From Alphaproteobacteria bacterium (GTDB lineage: Bacteria; Pseudomonadota; Alphaproteobacteria; UBA828): a DNA stretch of 64,000 nt. The DNA lies in assembly GCA_963422645.2 (NCBI GenBank), contig CAXXVO010000014.1:224001-288000 (forward strand), given 5' to 3'. Both the position numbers and the translations under genes were made by a program. Below are positions 60,447 through 64,000 of this stretch, piece after piece. The number at the start of each line of letters is the position of its first letter. Position 1 is the first letter of the stretch. A model generated the notes under the pieces. That model saw only the letters and a program-made list of their open reading frames with translations. It ran no database searches and was not told the origin of the DNA.

Positions 60447-61145
60447 ATGAGCATTCGAGACTCCGTCATTGCCGCCTTGCGCGAAGCCGCCGACCCGGCG
60501 AGAGCACCGCAGCAACAGGCATACATGAAGTCGGACATGCCCTACTTTGGCGTGGGCGTGCCCCAATGCCGGCGTCTCGCCGGTGCCGTGTTCAGGACGC
60601 ACCCGCTGCCCGACGCCCGCGCCTGGGAGGCGGCGATTCTCGATCTTTGGCGCAGCGCCGCCCACCGCGAGGAGCGCTACGCGGCGGTCGAGCTGCTGCT
60701 CTTCGGGCGCTATTCAAGCTGGCTGGAGCCGGCGAGAGTTCCGTTGATCGAGGAGCTGGTGGTCACCGGCGCCTGGTGGGACTACGTGGACGCGATCGCC
60801 GGCCGCGGAGTAGGGACCATGCTCGCCGCTCACCCGCGCCCGATGAAGGCCGTGCTGCGTGCATGGGCAAGGGACGACGACATCTGGAAGCGGCGGACCG
60901 CGATCCTCGCTCAGCTCAAGTCCAAGCGCGCGACGGACACCAAACTGTTGGCCGACGCGATCCGGCCGTCCATCGGCGAGTCCGAGTTCTTCCTTCGCAA
61001 AGGCATCGGCTGGGCGTTGCGCGAGTACTCCAAGACCGATCCGGCCTGGGTGCTGGCCTTCGTCAAAGCCCACCCCGAACTCTCGGACCTGAGCCGGCGC
61101 GAGGCGCTCAAGCACCTGGAACGCACGAAAGCGGCCAGTCGTTAG
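60447..61145 (+). CDS. DNA alkylation repair protein (AlkD-like)
   Basis: AYMKS, WWDYVD, EFFLRKGIGWALREYSK, LSRREALK. Confidence 0.92.
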   Translation: MSIRDSVIAALREAADPARAPQQQAYMKSDMPYFGVGVPQCRRLAGAVFRTHPLPDARAWEAAILDLWRSAAHREERYAAVELLLFGRYSSWLEPARVPLIEELVVTGAWWDYVDAIAGRGVGTMLAAHPRPMKAVLRAWARDDDIWKRRTAILAQLKSKRATDTKLLADAIRPSIGESEFFLRKGIGWALREYSKTDPAWVLAFVKAHPELSDLSRREALKHLERTKAASR

Positions 61146-61276
61146 ACAATGCAAGCCCCGGCGCGCCGCAGGCCGTGACCCTGGTGAGAAATGCGGGCTT
61201 GTGTCGTGTTTCCGAAGTTCATTCGCATAGGGTCGGGCCGGCGCGCGGTCTCTCCAACCGAGCCTCTACAACACGT

Positions 61277-61371
61277 CGTCATGCCCGGACTGGTTCCGGG
61301 CATCTCGCTCGGCCAGGCACGCCGAATGCTGGGCAAACACGTGGATGGCCGCAACAATTGCGGCCATGACG
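61277..61371. repeat. 95-bp REP-like palindromic repeat, copy B
   Basis: Same length and ends as 47546-47640. Confidence 0.85.
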
Positions 61372-61697
61372 TGTTAGGGGGGCGATGCAATCGGATAGAA
61401 ACTTCTCGTACAGAACACTGGCTGTGGAGCATCAAAGGGTTGTCCGTGGGCAGCCGCGGTCTGCAGATGGGTGCATCGGCATTCAAGATACTGATCGGCC
61501 CCCACTGTGTGGTCCGGTCGGGCCGGGTCTATGTGAGGGGTCCCGGCCGCAGCACAGCGGCGGCAGCAGCGGGAACCTGTCGGCCGAGCGCGGGGAGGAT
61601 ATTGCTCAACCTGCGCCGTTACGGATTTGACGATCTGAGTCTCGAAGAGTAGAGGAAGTGCATAGGTGTTTATGCGCTTATGTGCGGGAGTGTGGCC

Positions 61698-61934
61698 ATG
61701 ACTCGATGGAATCTCTCCATCTCGGAAGAGACCGACCGGGCGCTTCGTACCTTTCTTGCCCGCAACGGCGGCAAGAAGGGCGATCTGTCCCGATTCGTCG
61801 ATGAAGCTGTGCGCCGCCGCGTATTCGATCTCACTGTCAGCCAGGTCAAGGAGCGCAATGCCGGATTGAACCAGCGGGAGAGTCTCGGCCTGATCGACGA
61901 TGAGGTGTACGCGGCGCGTGCGGGTCGTTCTTGA
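61698..61934 (+). CDS. Ribbon-helix-helix protein, putative antitoxin
   Basis: RWNLSISEETD..LR.FLA..G.KKGDLSRFV.EAV; overlaps the PIN gene. Confidence 0.85.
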   Translation: MTRWNLSISEETDRALRTFLARNGGKKGDLSRFVDEAVRRRVFDLTVSQVKERNAGLNQRESLGLIDDEVYAARAGRS

Positions 61935-62334
61935 CACCAACATCTTGATCGGCGCCCTGATCACCAAGGGCACCCCACCGGACAACTTGTATCAGGCCTG
62001 GCTCCGCGGCGAGATCGAGCTTGTGACATCCACCGCGCAGATTCGTGAACTGGCCGATGTCCTCGCCAGAGAGCGTCTCCAGAGCTTTCTCGACGCCGAT
62101 GAGGCAGCGGCCATAATCGAAAACATCGGTACCCGCGCTGTCATCCTCGATGAACTCCCGAGCGTGTCTCACTCTCCCGATCCCATGGACAATGAGGTTT
62201 TGGCGACGGCTATCGCTGGAGGCGTCGACCTGATCGTCTCCGGAGACAAGAAGCACATGCTTGCGCTCCGGGAAGTCGATGACATTCCTATTGTCACCGC
62301 TCGCCAGGCTCTGGAGCTGCTGCGTCAGGTCTGA
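61918..62334 (+). CDS. PIN-domain putative toxin
   Basis: VVLDTNIL, DPMDN..LATA, IVSGD. Confidence 0.9.
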   Translation: MRVVLDTNILIGALITKGTPPDNLYQAWLRGEIELVTSTAQIRELADVLARERLQSFLDADEAAAIIENIGTRAVILDELPSVSHSPDPMDNEVLATAIAGGVDLIVSGDKKHMLALREVDDIPIVTARQALELLRQV

Positions 62335-62397
62335 TAACCGGAGCGACTCCGCGGCTGCCGCCAGGGCAGCGCGTGATCGCCGTACGTCGCGATCAGA

Positions 62398-63645
62398 TCA
62401 CGAGCGGGCCGTGTCCGCGCCGATGTGTGTGGCCAAATGGTCGGTGAGGTCGCGGGCATCGTCCGCGGTGCCGTGGATGAAGCTCGACTTGCGGCGGCGC
62501 AGGAAGTTGAGGCCGATGCGGTAGACGCCCGGCGCCTCCGTCACCACGCCGCCGTCGTGGCGCAGCCGGCCCTTGCGGTCGAAGACGGGAAGATCGACCC
62601 AGGAATGATCCGGCTCGTATCCGGTCGCCCAGATCACCGTCCGCGTCCCTTCGCTGGCGAGGTCGAGGGTCAGCGGCGGCGAGTCCTCCACCCGTGTCGG
62701 CTCGAAGCGGTGCGGCGGCTCGAATTCGTCGCCGCACCCCTTCTCGTCGACCCATTCGTCGATGGTGTCGAGCAGCCGGCCCTGTTTCAGATCCGCGAGG
62801 TTGCACTTGTTGCGGAGCGAGCCCGAGAACTGCGCCTTGCCCTCCGAGAACCCGGCGATCGAGCCCACGAGCCGCACCCCGCGGGCGGTGAGGTCGTTGA
62901 GATTGAGCGTGGCCCGCTCGGGCGTGCCGACGAGTTGCGGGGACGGAACCCGGCGCGCGCGGAGGATGTCGTCCACCTCGTCGTAACGCTCGTCGTGCAG
63001 TCCGGTGCGGTCCATCCACCACAGGATGTCCTTGCCGCGATAGGTGCGCGGCATGCGCACGTGCTCGCCCACGGCGAGGGTCACGGGGCGGCCCGAGCGG
63101 TGCACCTCGTCGGCGATCTGGACGCCGGTCGCGGACGCGCCCACCACCAGCACGGCGCCCTCCGGCAAGGCAGACGGCCGCGTATAGTCCATCGGCGTCA
63201 CGGATTCGATGGTGTCGGGAAGCGCCGCCGCGACGGGCGGAAACTTCGGAATGTTGAAGCCGCCGGAGGCGATCACCACGCACGCGCAGCGCCAGGTGCC
63301 CCGGTCCGTGACCACCTCGTAGCCGTCGCCGTACTTCGTGAGCGATTCGACGGTGGTGCCGGTTTCCAGCGGTGGCGCAACCAGCCGGGCGTAGCGCTCG
63401 ATGAACGCCACCACCTCGGCCGCGGTCATGAAGCCGTCGGGATCGTCGCCGTCGTAGGCGAGGCCGGGCACCCGGGTCTGCCAGTTCGGCGTGAGCAGAC
63501 GGAGCGATTCCCAGCGCTCCGTCCGCCACGTGTGGGCCACCTCGCCGCGCTCGATCACCACATGGTCGATCGCACGCGCGGCGAGGCAATGGCTCACGGC
63601 GAGGCCGGCATGACCGGCCCCGACCACGATGGTCGTCGTCTGCAT
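62398..63645 (-). CDS. Flavin-containing monooxygenase-like oxidoreductase
   Basis: VGAGHAG, RWESLRLLTPNW, VVGASATGVQIA.E, WATGY. Confidence 0.9.
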   Translation of the reverse strand: MQTTTIVVGAGHAGLAVSHCLAARAIDHVVIERGEVAHTWRTERWESLRLLTPNWQTRVPGLAYDGDDPDGFMTAAEVVAFIERYARLVAPPLETGTTVESLTKYGDGYEVVTDRGTWRCACVVIASGGFNIPKFPPVAAALPDTIESVTPMDYTRPSALPEGAVLVVGASATGVQIADEVHRSGRPVTLAVGEHVRMPRTYRGKDILWWMDRTGLHDERYDEVDDILRARRVPSPQLVGTPERATLNLNDLTARGVRLVGSIAGFSEGKAQFSGSLRNKCNLADLKQGRLLDTIDEWVDEKGCGDEFEPPHRFEPTRVEDSPPLTLDLASEGTRTVIWATGYEPDHSWVDLPVFDRKGRLRHDGGVVTEAPGVYRIGLNFLRRRKSSFIHGTADDARDLTDHLATHIGADTARS

Positions 63646-63653
63646 GACGCCGG

Positions 63654-64000
63654 TCAGTTGACCTCGACGGTGACGTTCGTGGGATTGGTCAGGATATCGT
63701 ACACCGCCGAGCGCTTCTGCGACTGGGCGACCAGCGCCTCGATATCGGCAGGCGTGGCGTCGGCGTCGATATCGTAGCTGACCTTGACGTTGCTGAAGCC
63801 GTTCCGGACTTCCGGATCGGCACCCAGGATGCCCGCGATATCCATGTCGGCTTCGACCGTGGCCTTGACCGAACGCAGCTGAATCTCTCTCACCTGCGCG
63901 ACGGCGGCGACGCCCGCGGTCAGGCAGCTCGCCAGGCCCGTGAGCACGATTTCCACCGGCGTGGCGGCGTTGTCCTCGGCCGCGAACACCAGGGGATGAT
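63654..64000 (-). CDS. OsmC-family protein (5'-truncated by window edge)
   Basis: DNAATPVE.VL.GLASCLT, SQKRSAVYD.LTNPT. Confidence 0.88.
   Translation of the reverse strand, partial: HPLVFAAEDNAATPVEIVLTGLASCLTAGVAAVAQVREIQLRSVKATVEADMDIAGILGADPEVRNGFSNVKVSYDIDADATPADIEALVAQSQKRSAVYDILTNPTNVTVEVN

Overview
This is a GC-rich alphaproteobacterial chromosomal segment. The core backbone (atpD-atpC, ferritin-like, rppH, ctpA, folK, NYN, udg, smpB, dapA, slt, mlaA, frmA, betA/betI/choXWV, ybbN cluster) alternates with many transporters and accessory oxidoreductases. Five IS insertions from four element types have readable ends and target duplications. Two are IS66 copies (8-bp TSDs); the second splits the twin-arginine signal of nirK and carries a nested 2.5-kb IS of unclear family. 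One is an IS4-type element (10-bp TSD) in a Ser/Thr dehydratase gene; its transposase is fused to an N-terminal DUF4338/DruA (Mom-like) domain, the best candidate here for a little-studied system. One is an IS1634 element with a 133-bp target duplication in a higB toxin gene. Other lesions include an internal deletion in oppD, a premature amber codon in oppB, a higB-higA deletion chimera and several +1 frameshifts. There are also REP/MITE-like repeats and a 10-bp-period repeat tract. No rRNA, tRNA or CRISPR array was seen. All family assignments come from motif recognition by eye; no searches were run.
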